In this document: one piece after another, positions 28,601 through 40,910 of the stretch | Numbering within the stretch: the stretch's first letter is position 1 | Layout: the number at the start of each line of letters is the position of its first letter | Assembly (NCBI GenBank): GCA_965178125.1 | Contig: OZ237769.1 | Location: forward strand, 310,001-374,000 | Length of the DNA stretch: 64,000 nucleotides | From: Bilabrum cf. latius | Lineage: Eukaryota | Direction of reading: 5' to 3' | Program-made: the position numbers and the translations under genes | The notes under the pieces: model-generated | Told to the model about the DNA's origin: nothing | Databases searched by the model: none | The model's input: the letters and a program-made list of their open reading frames with translations, nothing else

Positions 28601-29902
28601 GAGGCTCACCTCTTCGGGCGGCCATCCAGGCTCGCTAGTCCCGACGAGAGCCACTTCAGGGGGCCAGTGCTCCCCTCAGAAACGTTCGAGGACGGGCACG
28701 CGGCCCGGCTCCGAATCCGTCTGGGCAGGGGCCTGGTGGGCGACATCCGGGGGATGCAGCAGCGGAGGCTGGCGCGCGGCAGGCTAGAGCCCAGGGCACA
28801 GGGGCAGGAGACGGCCGCGCTTGAGGCGGCTGTTCCCTGGCTGGCGCGGGTCACCATGGAGGAGGAGGCGCGGCAGCGGGAGATCGAGGCGGAAGAACTG
28901 TTTTTCCGGCAGCAGCAGCAGCAGGCCGAGCTGGAGGAGCGGCAGCGGGCGGCGGCGGTGCGGGCGCAGATGGCGGTGCAGCAGGGGGGCGCGATGGTGC
29001 TTGACGGTGCCGGGGGGCAATCGTCGCAGGGGCAGTGGCTGACCAGCGGCGAGGACACCAGGGGCATTGGGGGCAGCGTGGGGAACAGCTAGCAGGGGCA
29101 GGGGCAGGGGCAGATGCTTGACGACGATGACGTGCCAGCCCCCCTGGGGGCCCTGCCTGCAGTGCACGGTGGTGCGGTCCGCAGCAGGGGCGGCGGGCGG
29201 GCGGCGAGTCGGCACGCGGGCCGGTCGGTGGGCGCGTCGGCGGGGGGAGCGGGCAGCCAGCGCCTGTCCCGATCGAACGTTCTCTACGGAGGCCCAAAGT
29301 TCGCGGAGGTGGAGGGACCTAACGTCTACCAATGGCAGCAGCAGCAGCAGCAGCAGCAGCAGGATGAAGACAGGCGGCAGCAGCAGATTCAGGCGCAGCA
29401 GCAACAGAACGTGCAAGGGGGGGCACAGGGACCTCCACACGGCAACGGATTCGGAGCCGGGCCAGACGCCATGCGGCACATGGACCCGAGGCAGGCGGCC
29501 GCCATGGCGCAGAGCCTGGGCGAGTTTCCCGACGAGCTGGTCATGCAGGCGAGGACTGGTGGTGTGACGAGTGCGGGCGGGGTGGCGAGCAGCGGCGGCG
29601 CGGCAGCGGCAGCCGCCTCCTCGGCGGCGGCTGGGAGCCGCGGTCGGGGCGTGCGAGTGGTCGGCTCCTCGAGCGGCCGCAGCCACCTGTCTCGCTCCCT
29701 TCGGCTGAGCGCCTCCGAGTACAACAACGCTGGGCGGGCGCAGGCCGAGGTGATGCTCAGCGGCGGGATGCGGCAGCAAGGGTCCACCGGCAGGCTGCCG
29801 TCGCAGCTAGCTGCCGGGAAGCTCCCGGCAATTCACCAGCACATGCCGGCGGCCAGTGGCAACGACGGCCTAGAACAGTCGGCGTCAGGCCTTGGCCAAT
29901 GA
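13601..29902 (+). CDS. ~5340-aa protein: two TM clusters, two degenerate class III nucleotide cyclase domains and a split AGC/Greatwall-Rim15-like Ser/Thr kinase; exons 13601-13811 and 14091-29902
   Basis: One frame broken only by ~24 TAGs; intron 13812-14090 (GTGAGT..CAG) keeps phase; ends TGA. Cyclase-like motifs GIALGSANVAGFV..WSVFGDA and VAVHTGTVVLGLSG..WDAFGHNV. Kinase motifs LGSGAFG, VALK, HRDLKPAN, DFG (24830), then GTPAYIAP (28286), DYYALG, HPFF. Confidence 0.85.
17636..17746 (+). repeat. Coding (CAT CAG)n/(CAG)n His-Gln repeat with four CAG>TAG variants
   Basis: TAG at 17636, 17642, 17666 and 17690 occupies CAG positions in the repeat. Confidence 0.9.
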
Positions 29903-30083
29903 TAATTCAATTGAAACCTACGCGCTCACCAACTGTGCCGTCGAGGCGGATGAACGTTAGTCAGATCACGTGTATCTTTATACCCAAAGTGTTCTTCGTG
30001 GATTTCTCGCTTTGTCCAAGTTTGTACTTGATTGGAGAAACTGAACGTTAAAATTAAACCGAATTTCGTCTGCCGTGCGTGCC

Positions 30084-33000
30084 ATGGCTCGCGTACGTAC
30101 GGCAGGTCCTCCGCAGCCCTCCGGTGCCTCCGCTGGCGCTGCCGCAAGCAAGGGGTCGGGCCAGGCCCGCGGCATATCTCAGTTCCAAGTGCTACCGGAG
30201 GACTACACAACCATGGACGGGAGAGGCTCGGGGGTGTACGTTCAGGCATCGGTGGTGCTCCCAGCGGACGACCCACTCGTCACACAGGTGCTCGAACACG
30301 CGCAGAACGACAGCAAGGGCGCTTCAGACGCACCGCAGCAGGCTGCAAGCAGCGCAGCGGCCGTCCCCGCCCCCAACCGCCAATCGGCCCGCGGCAGGGA
30401 CCTGGCAGCACAAGTGCTCGCAAGGTCGATCAAGACTGCAGCCGGGACAGGAGGGCTACGCCTCCGCAACCTGTGCTGGCGGCCAAAGACAGGCACCACC
30501 AAGGTGGGCGAGTCTACCGTCAGCTCCAACATCCATCGAGCGGTGAGGGCGCTGGGCTGGGCCTCGGACAGCAAGCAGCCGACGTCTGCAGGCGCGCTGA
30601 TCTTCAACGTGCTGCTTGCCACCGGACAGGAGCTCGACGCGGCACTCTCCAAGACCAGCCCGCACGCGGCACGCCCGTCCTACTGGACCCTGAACGGCAA
30701 GTTCCTGTCGCCAGTGCAGGCGATCCGAGCCGCCGAGGCAGCCGCCGAGCTAGCCCTGACGATTGAACCGCCGGTCGACGCACCGGAGCGAGAGACGTGG
30801 GCAGCCGTCGGCAAGCCTGCTCCCGAGGCTAGATCATGGCAGGGCCATCGTGCTGCCCTGAGCGGGGCTGGAGCCAGCGGGCCCGACCCCCCATTGCATC
30901 GCCCACGCAGCACCATGGCCCTGCAAGAGGATACCTCGGTGGCGCTCGACACTGACAAGGACATCAAGGGCATGATGCGGAGATTGGGCGTGCTGTGCAA
31001 GACTGCCACGCCATCGCGCAGAGAGCTCGCAGAGCTGTGCGCTCTCGTCGTTCGGAGCACCGCAGACGAGTCAGAGAGCCAGCTCGTCCGCTCGCCCGTG
31101 CCAGCCCCGTCATCAAGCAGCTCCAGCAGCTCCAGCAGCTCTAGCAGCCCACAGCACCAGGACGTGCAGCCCGCCCTCGTCATCACGGTTGAAGGCAAGC
31201 CACCGTGCAAGTCCGCGGCGGCAGCCGGCTGCATGAAATCGGCCATGCGTCAGGACGGTGCCACACATGCAGCTCTCCTGGCCTTCTTCCAACGACTGGT
31301 ACGCCACGTACAGCTAGCTGACTCTGAGCTGCAGCAGCAGCTGGCAGCAACGTCGGAAGGCAATGCCCCGCAGCCATTGCTCGGAAGCAAGCGCAAAGCC
31401 AGCAGCCTCGCGGCAGATGGTGCCAGCGTCGCGCAGTCGCGAATGGCAGAGGCAGCTGCCAGCACCACGCGTCAACGAATGGCAGAGGCAGCCGCCAGCG
31501 CCACGCGGCCACGAATGGCAGAGGCTACGGCGGCCTCCGGACCTGGCTCCAACGGGACCGCTGCCGCTGCCAGCTCGGCGCCACCCTAGCAGTTCCAGGT
31601 GCAGCCGATCGATCAGCTCGCCGACGCGCACTCGGCCATGACCGAGACCGGCCACCAGCAGCAGCTGCTTCTCGTCGTTGGGCGGGACAGCGACACGGCT
31701 CCCATCACGATCCGCATTTGCACGCAGCACCCCATGCTGCTGCGGATCATCAACAGCTCGGGTTTCTCGGGGACAAAGGCAAGCCACGGCCACCACACGC
31801 TCCGCGAGATGTGCGAGCTGGCCCTGTGCGAGGCGAAGCAAAGGCTGGACAACTCGAGACGTTCCCTCGCGGACGACCGTAACGCCTCCGATCAGCTGAG
31901 TGCATCTTGGCGAGCGTGCGTGGCTGCTGCCGGAGACCTTCTCAGCGCAACGGCGGCGTGCCGCGCGCAAGGTCCAGGTCCGGCTTGCATCGCCGCCGGC
32001 CGTATTGTTTGGTCCTCGGCAGCGGATCCCATCCCCGGCTTTTCTGGCGCAGTCGGCCACATTCAGAAGTCTGGACTGCTGCAGGAGCGCGAAATCGAAT
32101 CACTCCAAGAGGAGCAGCTGCGCAGCCGCCAGCAGCATCAGCCCGACCTGCCAATGACACGCTTCGCAACGAACGCAAGCGGTACGAGCTTGTGCCGCGT
32201 GGACAACACCAGCGAGCTCGGCCAGCTTCTGCTGAACACTCACGTTGGCACGGAAGGGCTGGGCGTAATCCTGGCCAAGTCCAGCTTGGCGCAGATGTCG
32301 AGGGGAAGAGTGACGCCGGAGATCGTGAACACGTTGTCCAAACTGTTCTGTTCTGGAGCACACCTGCTGGAAAGTGGCGGCAAGCGGTGGGATTCCAACA
32401 GTCCCGAGGCAATGGCGTGGGAAGCAGGCGGAAGCCTTGTAGCCCTGGCCTTTGTGCGCAGCTGCACCGAGGGCCACTACCAGCACAGCGCCGACCGCGC
32501 GGCTCTGGTGCACTGCAAGGTTCATTCGTCTAGCCCTGGCATGGCGCTAGTGCAGATGCTGTCGGTCCGCCCGACGTTGCACCTTAAGCTTGGTGCTGAT
32601 CTGCAGGAGGCCGAATAGCTCAGGCGCTAGCAGCAGCGCGATGGAATGCGCCGGCACCCTGCCTCAGCCGCTGCCTCAACCGCTGCCTCAGCCGCTGCCT
32701 CAGCCGCCGCTGCCGGTGGCGCACAGGCACGCAGCGAGGGCGCAATCGGGCAGTCCGGTACCGGAAGGGCAAGCGACCGTGTCTTCGTTGAGCGTGGTGC
32801 AATCATACTCAAGCTGGCGGAATGTGTCAGCTCAGCAACCACTGCATCCGGGAAGATAGCCAGGCATTGGATGGAACACTGGGTTAATCGCGAAATGGGG
32901 CAGAGCAACGACGCTCTCACCCTGATGAACTGGGCAGCAGGAGTGCGGTGGTCCGATGCGTCCAAGCGCGCATCCGAGCGCCTGTGTCAGGCAGTATGCT

Positions 33001-35093
33001 CCCAGTCACGCTCGGCAGCAACACTGGCCAGCGACAAAAAGCTGAAAGAGTGGGCACGCGCAGGAATACAGGGATCGCCAAATCGCATCGTCCGCCTCAG
33101 TATCAAGGGATTCAATATGAAGAATCTGTTCATCCACGCACGAGGGGCGTCATGGGGCGGGGCCGACGTTCCGACGACGTTCGCAGCGGCTGCCGCGCTA
33201 TCGAAGGAGGCGGCCATCACGGCTCTGCGGACGCTCCACCAGCAGACAAGCAAGGCTCCGTCTTAGCCCAAGACCCACAAGGTAACCGCGAGCAAGACCT
33301 TTGACGCCAAGGTGGAACTCACCAACGCAATATTTGCCAAGGCAGACGAGCAGCACGGTGACGCGATCGGTCGCGTCTCCAACATGAAGGTCGGGACAGT
33401 GGCTTATTACGCCAAAGCGCGCATCGAGCAAGCACCGGCGGGCGCAGCGCACACTGGGGTGCCAGCAGCCGGATCCCAGTCCTCCGCGCCCCAACCCGAC
33501 GCTTTCGCCTCGGCAGCGTGCGAGCCAGAGGCCGCTGCGATCCCCAGCCACCTGAGCCTTGAGAAGCCCGCCGTGCCCCGCGCCGCCCTGGACAAGACGA
33601 TCCGCGTGCAGGTCATCGACTTCCGGAGGGGCCTGCCACTGGTGGGCGCCAATGCCGGAGGACCAAAGGCGTCCTCATCCTCCTCATCCTCCTCATCCAC
33701 AGCGGCAGGTGCCGCACGTCCTCCGCTCCGGACCATTGGCACCCTCACCAAGACGGCCAAGGCCAAGCCGCTGGTTCCAACCGATGCAGTCCATGGTGTG
33801 AACGCCAGCGTGCAGGGAGCCGCCAACGCCCTCGTGCTGCACGCCCTGGTGGCGGACAGGGGATTCGTCGGCGGCACGTGCGTGTACTTGCGCCTTCCTG
33901 GCGGGTCACAGGGCAACGAGGCAGCTCCCCGCGGCCGCGTGGCGCTATTCGCCCTGCCACCGGGCCAGGTGCTCACCCTGCACGCCGCGGCGTCTGGACT
34001 GTGTCCCACGCTGGATCAGCCCGACACTGCGAGGGAGGCGCGCGAGGCGGCCTCCGGTGGCTCTCGAAGCACGCATGCAGGTAGTGGCAGGGGCAAGGGC
34101 AAGGCCACGAGCAAGGGCAACGACAAGGGCAAGGGCAACGGCACGGGCAAGGGCAAGAGCACGAGCACAGGCTAGATCGCGGGCGGTGGCGCAGCCATCG
34201 CGCAGTTCTTCCGCTCTAGTGGTGGCATCCAAGCGACGATGCCGCAGCAGCCGGGCCAGCACACACAGCAGCAGCCTGGTGGGCAGCCGCACAGCGAGAG
34301 CGACCTGGACCAGGACCAGCGCGATGCGAAGCGCCGGCGCACCATGACGGGACGAGCGAGTGCGCGAGTACCCCAGGATGAGATGCCTGTCGCCAGCGAC
34401 ATGTCCCAGCGGAGTGGTCAACAGGATGCACTGGCGGCCGCCGTCGCTGTCAAGAGGGTCTAGAATGCAAAGATTTCCCGTGGGCAAAGAGGCGCGCATT
34501 CGTACGATGAGCCCCGCATGGCAGTGGCACTGGCCAAGCAGGGCAAGCAGCCCATGGCCGGGATGGCCGGACCAGGCCCGCGAGGGCAGCAGCCGCCCAT
34601 GGCCGGGATGGCCGGGCCAGGCCCGCGAGGGCGGCAGCAGCCCATGGCCGGGATGGCCGGGCCAGGCCCGCGAGGGCGGCAGCAGCCCATGGCCGGGACC
34701 GGTCCATCGAAGGCGCCGCGCCGCATGAGTCCTTCCGCGGCGGCTGGTCTCGCCAAGCGGCGGACCCAGGCAGCATTGGCCCCTACAAGCAACTGGGAGC
34801 GCACCCAGCCCGGATCAGCCTGGGCCCCCGCCCACCAGCCCCGCATGGTCGCGCAGGCCGCGGCAGGCGACCAGGGCTCTGCATCCGCCCGGCGTGTGGC
34901 ACCTCGCCTGCCTGCAAATGAGACGCAGAAGAAACGCCAGGGACGCACGAAGAAAACGGAGGTCGCAGCTCGGCAGCCTGGACAGCAACGAATTGCGTTC
35001 TTCTTGGCGCGGGCACACGGCCAGGACACCCAAGGCCGTGGCCCTCGTCCGTCGGGTGGATCTAATGCTTCGGGTGGAGGCTCGCTGTCGTGA
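30084..35093 (+). CDS. ~1670-aa hypothetical protein with internal tandem repeats; no recognisable domain
   Basis: ORFs 30075, 31599, 32646, 33312, 34239 and 34518 share one frame and are joined by six TAGs; ends TGA. Repeats: RMAEAAAS x3 (36-bp unit, ~31440-31535) and PMAGMAGPGPRGxQQ x3+ (45-bp unit, ~34548-34700). Confidence 0.75.
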
Positions 35094-35500
35094 ATGCATG
35101 CCCCATCTTTGAGATTACGTGCATGTAGCTCACAGACTTGCTGCAAAGGTATAGTCCAAATAAGTATCATGAATTTTATTTTATTTTCAGGAGGAATGAT
35201 GAACGTTAGCCCTGCCCGTGCAGACGCGCTGACTTCGACATCAAGCGTTTCGGCTGCTTCCCAATTGTTTCGAGAACACCCATGCTGTCAAGCGTGCAAA
35301 GGCAATAACAGTAAAAAAAAAAAAAGCATGTGCCAGGTTTGCTTGCGCATCCAGACGAAAATAGTTTGTGGGCGGCATGGATACTTTTCTGTAAACGGTT
35401 CATCACCATTGCAACAACTAGCAAACTATAGAACCCACGACCATAGTACAAAGGTTCAATACCGTTTAACCAGGACCAGTATCCATTCAGAAATTGGCTA

Positions 35501-35534
35501 ATGAAACTGTCGCGCTAACCAACTGTGCCAAGGT
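35501..35534 (-). pseudogene. Inverted copy of the 5' half of the adjacent tRNA-Met, ending at the anticodon
   Basis: 35501-35534 is the exact reverse complement of 35590-35623. Confidence 0.85.
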
Positions 35535-35586
35535 ATCTCATACCAGACTGTTGTCAGTATATATTATTTCTTGTCGGTCGCTATGA

Positions 35587-35660
35587 GCCACCTTGGCACA
35601 GTTGGTTAGCGCGACAGTTTCATAAGCTGTAAGTCCCCGGTTCGAGTCCGGGAGGTGGCA
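35587..35660 (+). tRNA. tRNA-Met(CAT), elongator type
   Basis: Acceptor stem GCCACCT/AGGTGGC; anticodon arm ACAGT-TTCATAA-GCTGT; T arm CCCGG-TTCGAGT-CCGGG. G1:C72 and the TTC loop indicate an elongator tRNA. Confidence 0.95.
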
Positions 35661-35687
35661 TTCTTTTTTCTCTCTTTTTCTTTTTTC
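35661..35687 (+). terminator. Pol III oligo-T terminator
   Basis: Several T6 runs immediately after the tRNA discriminator base. Confidence 0.7.
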
Positions 35688-35805
35688 AATTATACAACTG
35701 CAACTCTTATTTTCTTTATAACAACAACCAATTGCATCCATAATTATGCTAGATTATGTGCGATGATTTGGTTCAAACCACTTTGTGTTCTTAAGTGGCA
35801 GTTAA

Positions 35806-36450
35806 AGTCATGTGTCCTGCAGCGTGTGTCTGTGTGTTGGTGGTGCAGAGGGAGGGCTCGTGGATGGGCCGGGGCACAGTGGTAGGGGGGCAGTGGGAGT
35901 CATGTGTCCTGCAGCGTGTGTCTGTGTGTTGGTGCAGAGGGAGGGCTCGTGGATGGGCCGGGGCACAGTGGTAGGGAGGCAGTGGGAGTCATGTGTCCTG
36001 CAGCATGTGTCTGTGTGTTGGTGGTGCAGAGGGAGGGCTCGTGGATGGGCCGGGGCACAGTGGTAGGGAGGCAGTGGGAGTCATGTGTCCTGCAGCGTGT
36101 GTCTGTGTGTTGGTGGTGCAGAGGGAGGGCTCGTGGATGGGCCGGGGCACAGTGGTAGGGAGGCAGTGGGAGTCATGTGTCCTGCAGCATGTGTCTGTGT
36201 GTTGGTGGTGCAGAGGGAGGGCTCGTGGATGGGCCGGGGCACAGTGGTAGGGAGGCAGTGGGAGTCATGTGCCCTGCAGCGTGTGTCTGTGTGTTGGTGG
36301 TGCAGAGGGAGGGCTCGTGGATGGGCCGGGGCACAGTGGTAGGGAGGCAGTGGGAGTCACGTGTCCTGCAGCGTGTGTCTGTGTGTTGGTGGTGCAGAGG
36401 GAGGGCTCGTGGATGGGCCGGGGCACAGTGGTAGGGAGGCAGTGGGAGTC
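35806..36450. repeat. 92-bp G-rich tandem satellite, block 1 (7 units)
   Basis: Unit AGTCATGTGTCCTGCAGCGTGTGTCTGTGTGTTGGTGGTGCAGAGGGAGGGCTCGTGGATGGGCCGGGGCACAGTGGTAGGGAGGCAGTGGG; near-identical copies, one with a 3-bp deletion. Confidence 0.95.
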
Positions 36451-36969
36451 TGTTATATGGACTCGGACATCAGGATTGAAGCAACGGGGAGCAGAGGTGA
36501 GACGGAAGACGAGGTGGGCGCAGGAGGACAGGAGGTGGAGAAGAAGAGGGGGACACCGGCACAGGCGACGACAGTGCGGTGTCAACAGGGAGAACACAAC
36601 GGGAGGAATGGGGGCTCCAGGTGCAAGGCACGAGGGAGACATGGGTGGCAGCGGACTGCATTGCCAGCAGCACGCAGAAGGCCAACAGGTGGGTGGACAG
36701 ATGGGGCGCACGGCAGGTCGGCCAGGACCGGCGCGTGCAGGCTGAAAGGATAGGGCCAAGGTGGCAATGCTGGGAGCAAAGCACACGGTCCCTAGGGCGG
36801 GGAACAGGAACAGGAAGCCATGTGGCGACGAGGCCAGTCGGGTGCATGGGGAAAGTGGTGTGTACATTCGTAGTGTCAGATGAATACCGCATTCAGGTGG
36901 ACCGGTGAAGAACCAGTCGTTCGGGGTGAAGCCCAGTGGGTCCGCGGGACCGGGGGCAGGAATTTTTCT

Positions 36970-37374
36970 TCCTGCAGCGTGTGTCTGTGTGTTGGTGCAG
37001 AGGGAGGGCTCGTGGATGGGCCGGGGCACAGTGGTAGGGAGGCAGTGGGAGTCATGTGTCCTGCAGCGTGCGTCTGTGTGTTGGTGGTGCAGAGGGAGGG
37101 CTCGTGGATGGGCCGGGGCACAGTGGTAGGGAGGCAGTGGGAGTCATGTGTCCTGCAGCGTGTGTCTGTGTGTTGGTGGTGCAGAGGGAGGGCTCGTGGA
37201 TGGGCCGGGGCACAGTGGTAGGGAGGCAGTGGGAGTCATGTGTCCTGCAGCGTGTGTCTGTGTGTGGTGGTGCAGAGGGAGGGCTCGTGGATGGGCCGGG
37301 GCACAGTGGTAGGGAGGCAGTGGGAGTCATGTGTCCTGCAGCATGTGTCTGTATGGTGGTGCAGAGGGAGGGCT
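36970..37374. repeat. 92-bp satellite, block 2 (~4.5 units, last unit truncated)
   Basis: The same unit resumes at TCCTGCAG after a ~520-bp unique insert and stops at ..GAGGGAGGGCT. Confidence 0.95.
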
Positions 37375-37708
37375 AAAGATAGAATGCCACACTCAAATCG
37401 GCCTGAGGGCGCGTGAGGCATCCAATACTCTCTCCGATCCATGGAAACTTCTGGGCCAGAAGTTCTGGGTCTCCGCAGCTCACGTCCACGCTCGTACGCC
37501 AAACGCCAAGGACTGATTGGCAGCTTGCAAACTGTAGATTTATATTATTTGTACTCAAGTGACCTTTGCCATCCCGAATTCGTCGCCTGTGCGATATGTG
37601 TGCTCAACGGAAGCTAGCTCGTACCGCAACCGGGCTCGAAGCGGGCGAGGACTGCAGCTGCACGAGCATCCTTCTTGGTAATCATGAAAGCAATTTGTGT
37701 CAGCTAGA

Positions 37709-40700
37709 ATGAGCCAGAATGGTGGAGCATCCGCGACCGATGGACGGCGTCTTCCATCCACGCAACCTCCACGAACAGCTGTGCGGGCTCACTCCGCTAA
37801 GAGGCTACGAGTGCCATCCCCGAAAGGCGCTACTCAGGTGAATCCATCAATGAATGTTTAGGGCATAAGAACCGGCTCTAATGGCAATTAGGAGTCGAAA
37901 GGAGTCTTCTAGATGCAGAAGCAGGCGAATGGCGCGACTGGCCCGCCACGAATGTCGCATAAGGCAAGAGAAGGCAGAACAATAGGTGCCTCTGGAGGCA
38001 CACCTTCTGAAGGAATAAGCATGCGCTCTCCTCTTGGCATTCGAGCATCTGCGCCATCCAGCAGGTACGTGTCTTCGGCGCCGAGCACTCGGGGACACTC
38101 ACCAGTGGTCGCCTCGAACGGTGCCTCTGGCAAGGGTGCCACGGATCGCCCCCCTGCCAGCGGCGGGCGCATGCGCATGGCAGGCAGGAGGGGCGGGGGA
38201 CCGGTCTAGCGCGGTGGGGGGATGACATCGCCCTCTATGACACCGAGCAACGGCAGGTCCCGATCCGCGGCCCCGAGGGCAGGGGCAGGAGCCGGTACCG
38301 GCTGGGGCGGCAGGCTGGTGGGCAGTGGTGGCGCGCGAGCAGGCACCTCGTACACACAGAGCCCCATCATGGCCGCCAAGAAGGGCATGCGCATGGCGGG
38401 ACGGTGCAACGGTCGCGATGGGACGAGTGGATCCGGAGCCCGAGGTGCGGGCAGCGGCACGCCGATCTCCAGAGGGCAGGGACAGAGATAGGGACAGGGA
38501 CAGGGGCAGGGGAGAACCAGTGGGCAGGGGCGCCAAGGCCACCGCCCGCCCGGTGGGAACGGCGGCCACCACGGGCCTGTGGCTCATAAAGTCTCTGGTG
38601 GAGGAAGGGGGGTCAGCCAGGCACGGCCGGTGGGCAGATCGGGTCCTGGTGCAATAAGAGCGAGGGGGCGGGGGTGGGGCGATGGTGATGGTGCTGGGTT
38701 TGTGCGGGAGCATGGCCTGGGGGTTAGGGGGCGCATAGGTGCAGGAGGTGGCGCTGCAGGGGCATCATCCGGAGCTGGGATGATGCGCGGCAGCAGCAGC
38801 GCGGTTGCCACTCCCGTGTGGGAAGGAGGGCCCGGTGAAGACAGCCCCATGGCCGGCCCTTCCCCCTTGCCTATCGACCCGGACTCGGGAATGGTCATGA
38901 CACCAGAGCTTAGGGGTGGTGGTGACCAAGACGTCATATTTTAGTCCCCCTCCGGCCGGCTCAAGTCAGCCAAGAGCATGCGCTACCAGCCCATCCGTTC
39001 CCGTCGTCCCACGGTGGCGCCCAACAGCGAGCTGTACCATGCCCTCCGTGACAAGCCCACGTCGTCCAGGGACGCAGCAGCAGAGGTGCCCAAAGAGATG
39101 CTGCAGGACTCTGGTGCGTCCGATGACATCACCGTGCACGGCAAGCGCATCAAGGCGACGCACAAGCAGTACCACCTCAGCTACGGCATGATGCTGGGCA
39201 TATGGACCACGGCCCAGTTTGTGCCCACCAAGCCTCGTCCCTCCATGGACGATTTTAAGGATAAAGAAGTCCGGCTCTTCAAGGTGGACGGAGATCCCAG
39301 CATGAACCTGCCCCCGCTGGATATCAAGCACCCTTTTTCATTCCGAGTGAGACTGGCCGTTGTGTGCGGCCTAGCGATGTTGTTCTGCGCTCGAAAGCCT
39401 GTGCGGCCTGCTACACCCGCGGCAAGCTGCGCGTTGCCAGCTGCTTGCCGTGCCTAGCCCGGCCTCATCCCGACTCGCCCATGGCACATTGCTTCTTCCC
39501 ACCTGCCCCCAAACCCAACCCATCCCGTCTCTTCTCGTCTTCCCTCCCCTCCCCTCCATGCAGTCTTACGCCCCCAAGGTGTTCCACCATCTCAGGAGGT
39601 GCTTCGGAGTCGCCAACCAGCAGTACGCTGCCTGCGTGGGCGGCATGTAGGACTACATCGAGTTCAACAGCAACGAGTTCAACAGCAACGCTAAGTCATT
39701 CTTCTTTTTTTCTCACGACGGGAGATTCATGATCAAGACGATGACCAAGGAGGAGAGCAAGTTCCTGCGGCGCATCCTCCCGCACTACTACGTGCACGCG
39801 CAGAAGAACCCCGAGACGTTCCTCTGCCGCTTCTACGGCATGCATCGGGTGGACATGCCACACCTGAAGAAGTCAGTGTACTTCCTGGTCATGCACTCTG
39901 TCACGGATTCCGGGGACACGGTGATGACCAAGACGTTCGATTTGAAGGGGTCTAGCGTGGGCCGTGCCGCGACGGAGAATGAGAAGAAGAAGTACGGGGA
40001 CAGGGTGGTGTACAAGGACAACGACCTGCTGGAAATGGGCGTCAAAGTGAGGCTTGGGGCCAACCGGCGCAACAAGCTCCTACAGCAGCTCAGGGTTGAC
40101 GTGGATTTCCTGGCCAGAATGGGAATCATGGACTACTCCATACTGCTGGGCATTTAGGACCCGGATAAGGAATACAGGCCTGTGGACAAGAGCAGCGGTG
40201 GCGGTGCGGGTTTGGACAGGTCTGGGGGCAGCCGTGTGCCGAGCGGGAGCGGGCTTGACGAGGTCGTGGAACCTGAGCACGGAGCGAGGTGGGGCGCGGC
40301 CGCCTCTGCCTCTGCCGCTGGCGGGAGGGCGGGCCGCGCGAGCGACTCTAGGCCCGCGCCTGGGCTGGGTCGCGGGAACGGCAATTTTGCCCGGAAGGCC
40401 AGCAGCAGGCTTGTGGGCCGCAGGCACTCTGCCACCCCGCGCGCTCACGTGCACGGCCAGTCCCGCAAGTCTAGGCTGTCTGGGTCTGGGAGGCGGTCCC
40501 TGGCCTCTTCTGGCAGCGCGACTCGCCCCACTAGCGGCGGCGGTGCTGCTGCTGCTGCCGGCGGGATGTATCCTTCCGCTTTGGTGGATGAGACTATGTC
40601 GGACTCGAACGTGAGTATGGCATCGGGCAGCTCTGATCTCCCCGAGAGGCCCGAGTTCACGCCAGCGGATGCCAACGCGCCTCCCCGCAGCAACTTCCCC

Positions 40701-40910
40701 ATCCCCAGCTACGACCCCGCTACGAGAGAGCTGGGCAAGGAGATCTACTTCATGGGCGTGATCGATATCCTGCAGGCCTACAACATGAGGAAGCACGCAG
40801 AGACTGCCCTCTTCTCCGTGACCAAGTGGAACCGTTGCGGGATCAGCTGCGTGCCTCCGGGCGAGTATGCCAACCGGTTCATGCAGTACGTGGAGGACAT
40901 GGTGGTGTGA
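37709..40910 (+). CDS. Phosphatidylinositol phosphate kinase (PIP5K family), possibly degenerating; exons 37709-39346 and 39564-40910
   Basis: Motifs FSFR|SYAPKVF..LR..FG, FFFSHDGRFMIKT, FDLKGS, KDND, MDYSILLG, GVIDILQ, ISCVPP.EYA.RF. Intron 39347-39563 (GTGAGA..CAG). Eight in-frame TAGs; ends TGA. Confidence 0.88.

Noticed and set aside
35587-35660. Suppressor tRNA explaining TAG readthrough
   Set aside because: The anticodon is CAT (Met). I saw no CTA-anticodon tRNA in this window.
35806-37374. CRISPR-like array
   Set aside because: Units are head-to-tail with no unique spacers, the context is eukaryotic, and there are no cas genes.
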